Assembly (NCBI GenBank): GCA_018302545.1
Contig: JAGVZM010000002.1
Span: forward strand, 2,198-66,197
Reading direction: 5' to 3'
Origin: Candidatus Woesearchaeota archaeon
GTDB taxonomy: Archaea > Nanobdellota > Nanobdellia > SCGC-AAA011-G17 > GW2011-AR18
DNA: 64,000 nucleotides
Below the pieces are notes generated by a model, which saw only the letters and a program-made list of their open reading frames with translations, was not told where the DNA came from and made no database searches. A program made the translations under genes and the position numbers. This document shows, in pieces, positions 19,318-29,652 of the stretch; the stretch's first letter is position 1, and each line of letters starts with the position of its first letter.

Positions 19318-20337
19318 ATGAAAACACTACCAATCCAAAAAGAAATCCCAAAATTTAAAGGCTTAATTAAAATAGATAGAGAATCCCAAATACCCCTTAT
19401 AGGAATAATTCAAATAGGCATAATTGATAGAGGTTCTTCATTATTGCAAATAAGAGCTTCAACTGCATGTAATATGAAATGCCAATTTTGCTCAACAGCC
19501 GCAAATTCTTATGATATTCACCCATATAACTACGAAGTAGAATTATTTTATTTAATAGATTGGGTTAAAGAAGTTATTAGATTAAAAGACAACCAAGTAA
19601 ATCAGATAAACATAGATTCCGTAGGAGAACCAACTGCATATAAAGATATAGTAAACTTAGTCAGAGAATGTAAGAAAATTCCAGAAATAAAATTAGTAAC
19701 GATGCAAAGCAATGGAACCTTATTAAACGAAGAATTGATAAAAAAACTAGAAAAGGCAGGCCTAGATAGAATAAACCTATCCGTACATTCTTTAGAAGAT
19801 CAACAATCAAAAGAACTATTTGGATCAAATAATTATAATCTAAAAAAAATATTAGAAAATGCTAAACTAATAAACAAATCAAAGATAGAGTTAAATCTAA
19901 CTCCAGTATATCTCCCAAATATAAACGATAAACAAATTTCAGACTTAATTGAATTCGCAAAAGAGATCAATTGCAGAATTTCCATTCAAAAATATGAAAT
20001 TTATAAATATTCAAGAAAGATGAAAAAAGTAAAAGAGCAGAATTGGTTTAAATTTTATAGAAAATTAGAAGAATTAGAAAAAAAACATGATTATAAGTTA
20101 AAAATTGGACCTACAGATTTCGAGATTTATAAATCAAAGAGAATACCTTTAGAATTTAAAAGAGGAGATATAATAACTGCAGAGGTAATAATGCCTGGAT
20201 GGATTAAACAGGAGAAGATTGCAAAAGCAAACAATAGAGTTATAACAATCGTAGATTCAGATGCAAAGATGGGAGATAAAATAAGAGTAAAAATTCTCGA
20301 ATCTAAAGATTCAATCTACATAACTAAAAAAGTTTAG
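19318..20337 (+). CDS. radical SAM protein with C-terminal TRAM domain (putative RNA-modification enzyme)
   Basis: CNMKCQFC (CxxxCxxC) radical SAM cluster motif; C-terminal DIITAEVIMPGW...IRVKILESKD TRAM-like. Confidence 0.7.
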   Translation: MKTLPIQKEIPKFKGLIKIDRESQIPLIGIIQIGIIDRGSSLLQIRASTACNMKCQFCSTAANSYDIHPYNYEVELFYLIDWVKEVIRLKDNQVNQINIDSVGEPTAYKDIVNLVRECKKIPEIKLVTMQSNGTLLNEELIKKLEKAGLDRINLSVHSLEDQQSKELFGSNNYNLKKILENAKLINKSKIELNLTPVYLPNINDKQISDLIEFAKEINCRISIQKYEIYKYSRKMKKVKEQNWFKFYRKLEELEKKHDYKLKIGPTDFEIYKSKRIPLEFKRGDIITAEVIMPGWIKQEKIAKANNRVITIVDSDAKMGDKIRVKILESKDSIYITKKV

Positions 20338-20492
20338 TGAATTCCAATTTCTCAAAACAATAAATACCCTATATAGATTATATATAACTACTAATAAGTA
20401 AACAACGAAAAAAATAACATTTAAATAGAAAAAATTACAAAAATCTAATTAAATAAAGATCAAAAATAAAAGATATAGGAGGTAGATAAAAA

Positions 20493-20861
20493 ATGGCCAA
20501 AAATAATTCAACATCCGAAATGATTGGCGGTTGGTCCTTTATAGTTGGTGCATTAATTGCATTAATTCTAGGAGTTATACCATCAACAGCAAATAAGCCA
20601 TGGGTAATTGGTTTATTATTAGTACTTGGTGTGATTGTTGGATTAATCAATATAACAGATAAAGAAATTGTTCCATTTTTAATAGCCTGTGTTGCATTTT
20701 TAGTTGCCGCCCCTACATTCGGAGCAGCAGTAGCAGCAGGAGGATTTGGAGCAACCTTTAGTTGGTTAACAAGAATATTAACACATATAGGTGTTTTCGT
20801 AGTTCCAGCAGCTGTTATAGCATCAATTAAAGCAATTATGGCTTTAGCAGGTTCAAAATAA
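20493..20861 (+). CDS. hypothetical integral membrane protein
   Basis: strong SD AGGAGG at 20478, 3-4 TM helices, Gly/Ala-rich. Confidence 0.45.
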   Translation: MAKNNSTSEMIGGWSFIVGALIALILGVIPSTANKPWVIGLLLVLGVIVGLINITDKEIVPFLIACVAFLVAAPTFGAAVAAGGFGATFSWLTRILTHIGVFVVPAAVIASIKAIMALAGSK

Positions 20862-20866
20862 ACCTG

Positions 20867-20880
20867 TTTTTTTCTTTTTT
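20867..20880 (+). terminator. T-tract putative archaeal terminator
   Basis: TTTTTTTCTTTTTT immediately after stop. Confidence 0.3.
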
Positions 20881-20925
20881 ATTATTTTAGAAAACCTTAA
20901 TTAATCAAACAAAAACAATTTCTTA

Positions 20926-21924
20926 ATGCAAATAATAGCACAGTGTATTCCAAACCTAGAAGAAATCTCAATAAAAGAGATTAAAGAGTTAATAAATCAA
21001 GAATCAAAAATAATAATTCCAGGAAGAATAAAATTTAATGCAACAAAAGAAGAAATAAAAAAATTAGCTAAGAAAACAAGGAGTATACTAAAAATTTATT
21101 TATTCATAGAAAAAATAGAATTCAAAGAGTTAGATGATTTAGAAGAACAAATAAAAAAGATAAAATTCCCAGAAATAAAAGAACCATTTGCTGCAAAATG
21201 TGAAAGAAAGGGAAATCACAATTTTACATCTAACGATATAGAAATAATAATAGGTGATTCTATAAAAAATAAGAAAGTAGATTTAAAAAATCCAGAAACT
21301 ATAATAATAGCAGATATACTAAAACAAGATTGTCTAATAGGCATAGAAATTTCAAATAATTTAAGTAAGAGAGATTATAGAATAAAGATATTGTCTAATT
21401 CTATAAATCCTTGTTTAGCTTATTGTATGTTAAGAATCTCAGAAGTTAAAGAAAAAGAAACAATTTTAGATCCTTCCTGTAAATCAGGAGAAATTATAAT
21501 AGAAGCATTTTTATCATTTAAGACCTTAAAAGGTTACGCAACAGATTCTTTACTTAATCACTTAAAAGCGCTTGAGATTAATTCTAAAATAGCGCAAGTA
21601 TATAAAAAAATAGAAATAAGTAGGCAAGACATAGAATGGTTAGATACTAAATTTAATGAAGAAGAAATAGATCATATAATAACATTTCCACCATATCCTT
21701 CCAAAATTTTTAAAGAAAAAAAAGCAGAGAGATTATACAAAGACCTATTTCATGCAGGTTCTTACATCTTAAAAGAAAAAGGAAACATAACAATATTAAC
21801 AAATTCCCCAAAGTTACTAGAAAAAACAGCAAATTCAGAAAATTTCAAACTCAAAAAACAATATAAATTAAATTATATGAATCAAGAATTTTATATCTTG
21901 GTATTCAGTAAATCTTTTAAATAA
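20926..21924 (+). CDS. THUMP-domain RNA (guanine-N2) methyltransferase, Trm14/RlmL-like
   Basis: THUMP motif KRDYRIK; SAM motif ILDPSCKSGEIIIEA; FPPY-type catalytic motif IITFPPYPS. Confidence 0.6.
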   Translation: MQIIAQCIPNLEEISIKEIKELINQESKIIIPGRIKFNATKEEIKKLAKKTRSILKIYLFIEKIEFKELDDLEEQIKKIKFPEIKEPFAAKCERKGNHNFTSNDIEIIIGDSIKNKKVDLKNPETIIIADILKQDCLIGIEISNNLSKRDYRIKILSNSINPCLAYCMLRISEVKEKETILDPSCKSGEIIIEAFLSFKTLKGYATDSLLNHLKALEINSKIAQVYKKIEISRQDIEWLDTKFNEEEIDHIITFPPYPSKIFKEKKAERLYKDLFHAGSYILKEKGNITILTNSPKLLEKTANSENFKLKKQYKLNYMNQEFYILVFSKSFK

Positions 21925-21942
21925 ATATAAAGTCGTAAAAAC

Positions 21943-23814
21943 ATGACAAATCCAGAAAATCAACTAATAGACCAAAGATTACAAAAATTAGAAGAAATAA
22001 GAAAGTTAGGAATAGAGCCATATCCCTATTCATACAAAACAAATACTACAGCAAAAGAAATTAAAGAAAAGTTCTCAAAATTAAAGAATGAAGAAAAAAC
22101 TAAAGCTAAAGTATCCCTCTCTGGAAGATTAATGACTATTAGGAGAATGGGTAAAGCATCTTTTGCTCACTTACAAGATCACACAGACAAGGTACAATTC
22201 TACATAAGAGAAGATGAAGTAGGAAACTCTGAATATGAAATATTTAAAAAATTAGATATGGGCGACATTATAGGAATAGAAGGAATAATATTCAAAACAA
22301 AGACAGGAGAAGTTTCTATATGGATAAAAAAATTAACTTTCTTATCTAAGTGCCTACGTCCCTTACCAGAAAAATGGCATGGATTAAAAGATGTAGAAGC
22401 AAGATACAGACAAAGATATCTAGACTTAATAGCAAATCCAGAAGTAAAGGAAATATTCATAAAAAGATCTAAAATAGTATCTGCTGTAAGAGAATTTTTA
22501 GAGATGAAAGGTTATATTGAAGTAGACATTCCAACTTTACAACCTCAATATGGGGGAGCAAATGCAAAACCATTCAAAACCCATATTAATGCTTGGAATA
22601 TAGATCTATATTTGAGTATTTCACCAGAGTTATATTTAAAAAAATTAATAGTTGGAGGATTTGATAAGGTCTTTACTATTTGTAAAAATTTTAGGAATGA
22701 AGGGGTTGACAAAACGCATAATCCAGAATTCACAATGATGGAGTGTTATGCAATAAATGAAGACTATAATTATTTATTAGAATTAATCGAAGATTTATAC
22801 ATATATGCAGCTGAAAAAGTTTTAGGAACAACAAAGATAACTTATCAAGGACAGAAAATTGATTTGAAAAAACCATGGAAAAGACTAACAATGTATGAAT
22901 CACTAAAACAATATGCTAATTTAGATGTCTCAAAAATGTCAGATAAAGAATTAATAAAACAAGCAAACTCACATGGGGTTCAAATAGAGAAAAATACACC
23001 AAGAGGATTAATAATTGAAGCATTATTTGGAGAACTAGTAGAAAAACATCTTATTCAGCCCACTCACCTAATAGATCATCCAAAAGAGACAACACCACTA
23101 TGCAAAGTAAAAAGGGGAGATGAATGTCTAATCGAAAGAGTCGAACCTTATATTAATGGATGGGAAATTGGAAATGGTTATTCTGAATTAAACGATCCAA
23201 AGATACAATATGAATTATTCAAAGAACAAGAAGAAAGAGGAAGAGCGGGAAATGAGGAATTCCATCCAATGGACGAAGATTATGTTAAAGCTTTAGAAAC
23301 AGGTTTACCTCCAACAGCAGGAGTTGGCTTAGGAATTGATAGAATGGTAATGTTACTAACAGATTCCACTACAATAAGAGATGTAATATTATTCCCTACA
23401 ATGCGTCCAGAAAATAAAGATGAGGAAAAAATAACAAAAGAAAATATTTTAGAACAAGAAGGAATAATAGTTGGCAAAGTAGTAAAAATAGAGAAACACC
23501 CAAATGCAGATAATTTAAAAATATGTACTATAAACATAGGAAATAAAGAGGTAATTTCTGTAACAAACTGTAAAAATGCAAGAGAAGGAATGATAATTCC
23601 AACAATATTAACAGGAACAAAATATTTTGATTGGAAAGGTTCAGGAAAAATATTAGTAGCAAAAAGATCAGAGTTAAGAGGAATAGAAAGCAACGCTATT
23701 ATGGGCGCTGGAGAAGAAATAGGATTGCCAACTCCAGAAGACAAAAGAGAATTAATATATGAACTAAAATCCGGAAAACCAGGAGACAAAGTAAAAGATC
23801 ATATACATAGATAA
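21943..23814 (+). CDS. lysS: lysine--tRNA ligase, class II, fused to C-terminal EMAP-II/Trbp111-like tRNA-binding domain
   Basis: N-terminal OB anticodon-binding domain; motif 2 FRNEGVDKTHNPEFTMMECY; motif 3 GLGIDRMVMLLTDSTTIRDVILFP; C-terminal VGKVVKIEKHPNADNLKICTINIG. Confidence 0.85.
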   Translation: MTNPENQLIDQRLQKLEEIRKLGIEPYPYSYKTNTTAKEIKEKFSKLKNEEKTKAKVSLSGRLMTIRRMGKASFAHLQDHTDKVQFYIREDEVGNSEYEIFKKLDMGDIIGIEGIIFKTKTGEVSIWIKKLTFLSKCLRPLPEKWHGLKDVEARYRQRYLDLIANPEVKEIFIKRSKIVSAVREFLEMKGYIEVDIPTLQPQYGGANAKPFKTHINAWNIDLYLSISPELYLKKLIVGGFDKVFTICKNFRNEGVDKTHNPEFTMMECYAINEDYNYLLELIEDLYIYAAEKVLGTTKITYQGQKIDLKKPWKRLTMYESLKQYANLDVSKMSDKELIKQANSHGVQIEKNTPRGLIIEALFGELVEKHLIQPTHLIDHPKETTPLCKVKRGDECLIERVEPYINGWEIGNGYSELNDPKIQYELFKEQEERGRAGNEEFHPMDEDYVKALETGLPPTAGVGLGIDRMVMLLTDSTTIRDVILFPTMRPENKDEEKITKENILEQEGIIVGKVVKIEKHPNADNLKICTINIGNKEVISVTNCKNAREGMIIPTILTGTKYFDWKGSGKILVAKRSELRGIESNAIMGAGEEIGLPTPEDKRELIYELKSGKPGDKVKDHIHR

Positions 23815-23937
23815 ATTAACTTCCGAATAGAAGCAAAGAAAACTTTATAAACACTCAAAAACGGTAATTTCAATGAAAAACGAGGTTTTAAGCTAATATT
23901 CTCGTTTTCAATAAAAATAATTGAGGAGGCAAACAAG

Positions 23938-24108
23938 ATGGGTGAACTGTTAGTTGTAAGAAGTAAAATAAAAGACGTTGCAAAGGGAATGAACGTTGCT
24001 GGTGATTTTGCAGACGCTTTAAGTGAAAAAGTAGAAATGTTAATTAAAGACGCTTGTAGAAGAGCTAAAGAAAACAAAAGAAGCACTATTCAACCTAGAG
24101 ACTTATAA
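23938..24108 (+). CDS. small histone-fold-like DNA-binding protein (DUF1931/HMf-like)
   Basis: strong SD GAGGAGG; 56 aa; RSKIKDVAKGMNVAGDFADALSEKVEMLIKDACRRAKENKRSTIQPRDL resembles archaeal histone helix2-3 (RKTIKAEDI); not in ORF track. Confidence 0.4.
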   Translation: MGELLVVRSKIKDVAKGMNVAGDFADALSEKVEMLIKDACRRAKENKRSTIQPRDL

Positions 24109-24119
24109 ATCTCTAGTAT

Positions 24120-24135
24120 ATTTTCTTTTTTTATT
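24120..24135 (+). terminator. T-tract putative terminator
   Basis: ATTTTCTTTTTTTATTT. Confidence 0.25.
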
Positions 24136-24182
24136 TAATTTTCATAAACTATTTATATTAATAAATTAAATTCTATCTATAA

Positions 24183-24599
24183 ATGACATCAAAAATTAAA
24201 GGTTCTAGAACTGAAAGAGAATTAGTTCAACTATTCCAAAATACAGGAAATTGGAGTGCAATTAGAGTAGCAGGCTCAGGTTTAACTAAAAATCCAAATC
24301 CAGATGTTTTAGCAGGAAACGGTAAAAGATATTTAGCACTAGAATGCAAAGCAACTAAAAAAACCTCCAAACACATATATGAAGAAGATGTAATACAAAT
24401 AATAACATTTTCAAACAAATTCGGAGCAGAACCCTGGTTTGCAATAAAATTCAATAGAAAACCATGGTTATTCCTAAAACCAGAGCAATTAAACAAAACA
24501 AAAAGTTCAAATTCAAGTATTAATTTAAGATTAGCAGAAGAAATAGGTTTAACATTTGAGAGATTAATAGAAGGAGGAGAATTATGCAAAACACAATAA
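24183..24599 (+). CDS. hjc: Holliday junction resolvase Hjc
   Basis: KGSRTERELVQLF, AIRVAGSG, PDVLAGNGKRYLALECKATKK. Confidence 0.8.
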   Translation: MTSKIKGSRTERELVQLFQNTGNWSAIRVAGSGLTKNPNPDVLAGNGKRYLALECKATKKTSKHIYEEDVIQIITFSNKFGAEPWFAIKFNRKPWLFLKPEQLNKTKSSNSSINLRLAEEIGLTFERLIEGGELCKTQ

Positions 24600-24964
24600 A
24601 ATATAGCGGTTTAAAAAATCTTAATCCTATAGAACAACAGATAATAAATCAGATATTAGAAAGAGAATATCCAAGAATTCAAAGAATGATAAAAAATGAA
24701 TCAGATTTGCATGTCCATATAAAAACAGTAAAGAAAGATACAAGAAAAAGATACATAATAAGTATACGTTTAGAAGCTGCTACAAAAATGTATTCTACAA
24801 AAACAAAAGACACAGAAGAAGCAGGCGACTGGGATATAAAAAAAGCAACACACAAAGCAATAGAACATTTAGAATCAGAAATAAAAAGAAGTATAAAACC
24901 AGATGAAGGAAAATGGAAAAAAAGCAAATTAAGAAAGATCTTAGAAAAAATCAGGGGAGAATAA
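24584..24964 (+). CDS. hypothetical protein, translationally coupled to hjc
   Basis: ATG overlaps hjc stop. Confidence 0.4.
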   Translation: MQNTIKYSGLKNLNPIEQQIINQILEREYPRIQRMIKNESDLHVHIKTVKKDTRKRYIISIRLEAATKMYSTKTKDTEEAGDWDIKKATHKAIEHLESEIKRSIKPDEGKWKKSKLRKILEKIRGE

Positions 24965-25049
24965 ACCTCCCAAAAATTTTTCAAGATTTTTGAAAATCTT
25001 TCAGAAATTTCTACTAAACCCTTTTTAACCAAAGAAGTTAATTAGTTTT

Positions 25050-26042
25050 ATGAAAAAAATAATATACATAATAATAACTTTAATTTTTTTGCCATTAGTA
25101 TATGCAGAATGTGATTGTACTTGTGAAGATCCAAAAGCAAATCTATCCTTACCAGAAGGCCATTGCAATATTTCATTAACATTAAAAACAGATAAAGATA
25201 GGTACAAAAATGAAGAGAAAATAACAATTTTCAATGAATTGACAGAAAAAAAACAAGACTTTACTATTGAATATTGGATAGAGGATATAAAAGGAGAGAT
25301 AATAAAAGAAAAAACTGAGACAAAAAATACAAATAAAAAACAATTCACACCAAAACTAACTGAGAATACAACTTTAGTAATAAAAAACAACTTAACTTAT
25401 TTAGATTGTAAAAATATAATAGTAGAGAACTATAATAAGGTAGAAGTATTCATAGAAGTCCAGCCAAAAAAAGAACCAGAATTAGAATTAATTAATTATT
25501 CAAAGAAATTAAATTTATCAGACGAATTAAACATCTCTTTAATGATATATTCAGGAGATAATATAAACTATTCAATAGCCTTTTGGATTGACAATATAAC
25601 AAAAACAGAAGATTATAAGATAGATCAAAGATACAAAAATGAAACAGTAAATCTAAGTATTAAGATCCCAAATAACTGTAGTATAGAATCAAAAAAGTAT
25701 GATTTAATAATAAAATCTCAAGAAAAAGAAATAAAGAAAAAAATAGATATAGAAAACAATTGCAAGGAAAAAGAGGAAGAACTAGAGGAAAATACAGAAA
25801 AATGCATTTTAAGCATACATTCAGAAGAAAATAACTCCGAAAACATTATAAATCAAAGTGCAAACCCAATCACAGGATTCACAATATATGAATCCACAAC
25901 AATAAAATCAAAGGAAATAGCTAAATACTTATTGATGATTATATTAGCATCAATTTTAGTATTTATAATCACAATAAACAAAGGAGTAGGAAAAGCAATA
26001 AAAGAATATTCACAAAAATGGTCTTCACAATTAGAGCACTGA
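25050..26042 (+). CDS. cell-surface protein (signal peptide, C-terminal TM anchor, many N-x-S/T sequons)
   Basis: MKKIIYIIITLIFLPLVYA signal; C-terminal KYLLMIILASILVFIITI anchor. Confidence 0.5.
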   Translation: MKKIIYIIITLIFLPLVYAECDCTCEDPKANLSLPEGHCNISLTLKTDKDRYKNEEKITIFNELTEKKQDFTIEYWIEDIKGEIIKEKTETKNTNKKQFTPKLTENTTLVIKNNLTYLDCKNIIVENYNKVEVFIEVQPKKEPELELINYSKKLNLSDELNISLMIYSGDNINYSIAFWIDNITKTEDYKIDQRYKNETVNLSIKIPNNCSIESKKYDLIIKSQEKEIKKKIDIENNCKEKEEELEENTEKCILSIHSEENNSENIINQSANPITGFTIYESTTIKSKEIAKYLLMIILASILVFIITINKGVGKAIKEYSQKWSSQLEH

Positions 26043-26407
26043 TTGAAGTTCTGGGTTTTCCTGAAGAACACATTAAAGAAATTGTAAAAAAAGTATTAGA
26101 AAAACTAGAAAAAGAAGACGGGATAGAAATAATAAATAAAGAGATACATGAAACCCAAAAAGTAAAGGAAACCTTCTTCTCGTGTTTTACAGAATTAGAA
26201 TTAAAGATACATGATTTAAGTATACTATTAAAGTTCTGTTATGATTATCTTCCCTCAAATATTGAGATATTAGATGCAGATAACATAACTATACCCTCAA
26301 GAGAGTTCAACTTAAGTATAAATGAAATGTTAGAGAGGTTGCACCAATATAATATAATAGTAAACAACCTATCAAACCAAGTCAAAAAATTAGAAAAGCC
26401 TCAGTAG
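26018..26407 (+). CDS. hypothetical protein
   Basis: ORF only. Confidence 0.3.
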   Translation: MVFTIRALIEVLGFPEEHIKEIVKKVLEKLEKEDGIEIINKEIHETQKVKETFFSCFTELELKIHDLSILLKFCYDYLPSNIEILDADNITIPSREFNLSINEMLERLHQYNIIVNNLSNQVKKLEKPQ

Positions 26408-27738
26408 TTCTTTCTCTTTTGAACGCTCTCAACAAAACCCTCAAATTTATCTTTTTTAGGTTTCATTTTTCTATAAACAATAAATATTATTAACAAAAAG
26501 ATTATCAAAAATATAAACAAAAGAATAAAACCATATCCTCCTTCATCTCCATTTTTAATTGTAGTCTTATTAAATTCAACAAAAGAGTTATTAACAGAAT
26601 TATTAATTTCATTATCAACTTGAACATTAATAGATTTATTAAGAACATTCAAACTAACAGGGATACTAACAAAAGCATTTTCTGCACTTCTAACTTTTAA
26701 GGTACCGTAATAATTTCCAGGTTTTAAATTACTACTATCCTTAAACCCAAAAGAAAATGAAATACTATTATTAGCACTTAAAAAGCTAATCTTAGAGGGT
26801 TCAATCTCAAAAAGATCATCATCAAAACCTTCAGTATAATAACTCAAATTATGCAAATCCACACTGGCATTATTAACAACGACAATTTGTCCTGGAGGAT
26901 AATAATCTCCTATGTTTGTATTTGGCAAACTTATATTTATTAATTTTATACCAGAACCTCTAGTTAAGTAAATTGCATCATTAATTCCAGTCAAATCAAT
27001 ATTTTTTTTAGCCAAGTCATCTGGTTTAACATTAGTATCATTATTATTTTCAGATTTTTCAACATAATTAGTATCAATAATAAAAGGAATGATATAATTA
27101 CCAGAACCATAATCAACAAGAATTCTTCCATTAAATCTAGAAGCCCTCTTATTAAATAAAGAAGTTCTGACTTGAACATTTTTAGATTTATCAGGAGCAA
27201 GATTAAAATTAGATTCATCTAAACTAAAAAAGCCGCCTTCTGCAACTAAAGAGATAGAAACAGAATTATTCATTTTATTACTAAAAACTAAAACAAAAGG
27301 CACTTCATCTCCAGAATTTACAGCCTGATAAAAATATCCAGGCCTTATACTAACACTAGATTTATTAACAATCTTAAGATTAGAAAAAAAATCCTGTCTC
27401 TTCAATATCCCCTTTTCAATATAATTTATATTTTTAAAGCCAATCATATATTCCCCAGAAACAACTTGAGGCAAATCAAAATAAAAAGCATAAAAAGTAT
27501 TGTTAATCTTAACCTTATTTTTAATAATATTCAAAGAATTATTATTCATGTCTAATAATACTATATCAGAAACAGAAAGATCCCTATTTAAAGACAAATT
27601 TGTAAAAACTTCAAATTGAACAGTTTCAAAAGAACCATAGTCATTTTTATAAAGATTAATTTCAAAATCAGAAGCATTAACAAAAGAGATAATTAATAAA
27701 AATGAAACAACAACCAAAAAAAGATTTCTAAAAAACAT
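26401..27738 (-). CDS. cell-surface protein (signal peptide, C-terminal TM anchor, N-glycosylation sequon-rich)
   Basis: MFFRNLFLVVVSFLLIISFVNA; C-terminal GFILLFIFLIIFLLIIFIVYRK. Confidence 0.5.
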   Translation of the reverse strand: MFFRNLFLVVVSFLLIISFVNASDFEINLYKNDYGSFETVQFEVFTNLSLNRDLSVSDIVLLDMNNNSLNIIKNKVKINNTFYAFYFDLPQVVSGEYMIGFKNINYIEKGILKRQDFFSNLKIVNKSSVSIRPGYFYQAVNSGDEVPFVLVFSNKMNNSVSISLVAEGGFFSLDESNFNLAPDKSKNVQVRTSLFNKRASRFNGRILVDYGSGNYIIPFIIDTNYVEKSENNNDTNVKPDDLAKKNIDLTGINDAIYLTRGSGIKLINISLPNTNIGDYYPPGQIVVVNNASVDLHNLSYYTEGFDDDLFEIEPSKISFLSANNSISFSFGFKDSSNLKPGNYYGTLKVRSAENAFVSIPVSLNVLNKSINVQVDNEINNSVNNSFVEFNKTTIKNGDEGGYGFILLFIFLIIFLLIIFIVYRKMKPKKDKFEGFVESVQKRKNY

Positions 27739-27739
27739 A

Positions 27740-29602
27740 TTAACCTTTAAGTAATTTTTGAGCTTCCTTTAAGGATTTATCTAAATCATCTTCCCCTTTA
27801 ACTCTAGGGCTAGGGCCTAAGGGTCTTAAAGGCCTTGTGGGAGTAAAAGGCTTTGTAGCAGGTTTAACAGGTTGTATAGTTGGTCTTTGAACAGGTTTAA
27901 ATTCTGCTTGTCTCCTAAAGTTTTCAAAATTGGGCCTATCAGATTTTTTCTTAAACAAACTTCCTAAATCTACTTTACCAGTTTTAACATATTTAAAGTA
28001 AAAGAAAGCTCCTCCTCCCCCTAAGATTACCAAGATAATTAACAACCATAACCACCATAAACTACTAGGCTCATCTTCAATAGGAGGTAATGTGGTGTCA
28101 TCTTCATCATCATCCTTAGGAACCTTAAATGGTTCCTCCTCTTTATCATCATCAGAATCTAAACAAGCAACTCTACATCTGCCGCCACAATCAACACCTT
28201 CCTCATCACCATCTTGTCTTCCATTATCGCAAACACATAAAGGATCCTCAACACATGCAGAATCACCACAATCAGTTAAACCATCTCTATCATTATCAAT
28301 ATCATCTCCACAAACCTCAACATCTAAACTAACTCCATCTGAAGGAGTACTGGGTAAAGAAACCCTAGATAATTCAGCACCATGTAAAGCAATTAAAGCC
28401 CAGGAAGTACTCTCTATACTATTCCCCCAATGACCTTCATCTTTATCAACCCTTTTTTGTAAAAAATCAATGCCTTTAGAGACTGCTTCACCTGCTCCTC
28501 CCAAATCAGTTCCAAGTAAACCAAAAATAGAAACACTTGTATCTTTAATACTTCCTCCCCAACTACCATCAACAGCTCTTTGTAATTTAACTAGATCATT
28601 GATAAAAGAAGGCAATACATTAGAAGCTTTAAATCTAATCCTATTCAAAAAACCCAATTTATCTGCTTGATTTCTTTTAGTTAGAGATTGACTCTCTAAA
28701 TAAATGTGTGTTCCTAAATTATCTAAACTTAACTCACTATTACTTCTAACAGAACCAACTTCAAGTAATGCCCAAGTAGCATATAATGTACTTTCATAAT
28801 CACATCTAGAATCTGTTTTAGTTCTACCAAAACAAGCATTAGCAATTTTTAGATTCGTATTAAAACCCGCATCACTCCTTTGAATAAAAAAAGTACTTGC
28901 ACTTGGTTTAAAAACTAAAGTAATAACTGGATCTCCTAAATCTTGATTACAAGATATTCCAATATTTGGCTGAACTTCTGTTCTAACTAAATTTCTACTA
29001 AGTTCATTTAGACTTATATAATACCCGCTTCTTCCACCTGTTGATTTTATTTTATCTCCCTCAATAGTATATGTTTTGGTCCTTGTACCTCCGTAATTAA
29101 CTTCACAAGTACCATTATTCCCTTTAACAACAATCCACCAATCTCCAGTTGGGGGCATAGCAACCCTAGAACTCCTTAACCAGTTTACTTCTTCACTAAC
29201 ATTCCTTCCAGCCAAAGCTAAAGTCAAAGTAGCTAAAGAAGTATCCTTAACATTACAATTACCTGCAGGCCAACAACCATCAGAATCCCTATTGCTTTCA
29301 ATTCTTTCAATCATACCTTGTACATTAATATCACCTTTTTGCATCAAAGCTATAGTTGATAAAGACATTTCATCCACACTTAAAGATGAAGTATTACTAA
29401 CTTTATCATAGAGCCATTTGTAAGATTTATCTTGACTAAATCCTGAAGATTGAACTCTAAACCTAGAACCAGTACTAGAATCTTGATCTGAACTAGAATC
29501 TTCTTCATCAGAAGAAGTATGGTTTTCTGCATAAGCAAAAGACAGACACATTAAAAAAACCAGAATAATGACTAAAGACTTAAAAAACACACCTCTTTCC
29601 AT
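27740..29602 (-). CDS. surface protein with prenyltransferase/terpene-cyclase-like alpha/alpha-toroid repeats, Cys-rich stalk, TM anchor and Pro-rich cytoplasmic tail
   Basis: signal peptide; repeats DGCWPAGNC..TSLATLTLALAG, DGSWGGSIKDTSVSIFGLLGT, EGHWGNSIESTSWALIALHG; CGDDIDNDRDGLTDCGDSAC; TM LWWLWLLIILVILGG. Confidence 0.5.
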   Translation of the reverse strand: MERGVFFKSLVIILVFLMCLSFAYAENHTSSDEEDSSSDQDSSTGSRFRVQSSGFSQDKSYKWLYDKVSNTSSLSVDEMSLSTIALMQKGDINVQGMIERIESNRDSDGCWPAGNCNVKDTSLATLTLALAGRNVSEEVNWLRSSRVAMPPTGDWWIVVKGNNGTCEVNYGGTRTKTYTIEGDKIKSTGGRSGYYISLNELSRNLVRTEVQPNIGISCNQDLGDPVITLVFKPSASTFFIQRSDAGFNTNLKIANACFGRTKTDSRCDYESTLYATWALLEVGSVRSNSELSLDNLGTHIYLESQSLTKRNQADKLGFLNRIRFKASNVLPSFINDLVKLQRAVDGSWGGSIKDTSVSIFGLLGTDLGGAGEAVSKGIDFLQKRVDKDEGHWGNSIESTSWALIALHGAELSRVSLPSTPSDGVSLDVEVCGDDIDNDRDGLTDCGDSACVEDPLCVCDNGRQDGDEEGVDCGGRCRVACLDSDDDKEEEPFKVPKDDDEDDTTLPPIEDEPSSLWWLWLLIILVILGGGGAFFYFKYVKTGKVDLGSLFKKKSDRPNFENFRRQAEFKPVQRPTIQPVKPATKPFTPTRPLRPLGPSPRVKGEDDLDKSLKEAQKLLKG

Positions 29603-29652
29603 CTTTCATATTCAGCGTAATATATTTATAAAAGTTTCTATAAAGATAAATA

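Noticed and set aside
28092-28433. Ser/His-rich plus-strand ORFs (28092..28433, 28129..28332, 28470..28670) inside the 620-aa surface-protein gene
   Set aside because: Antisense low-complexity ORFs inside a well-supported longer CDS.
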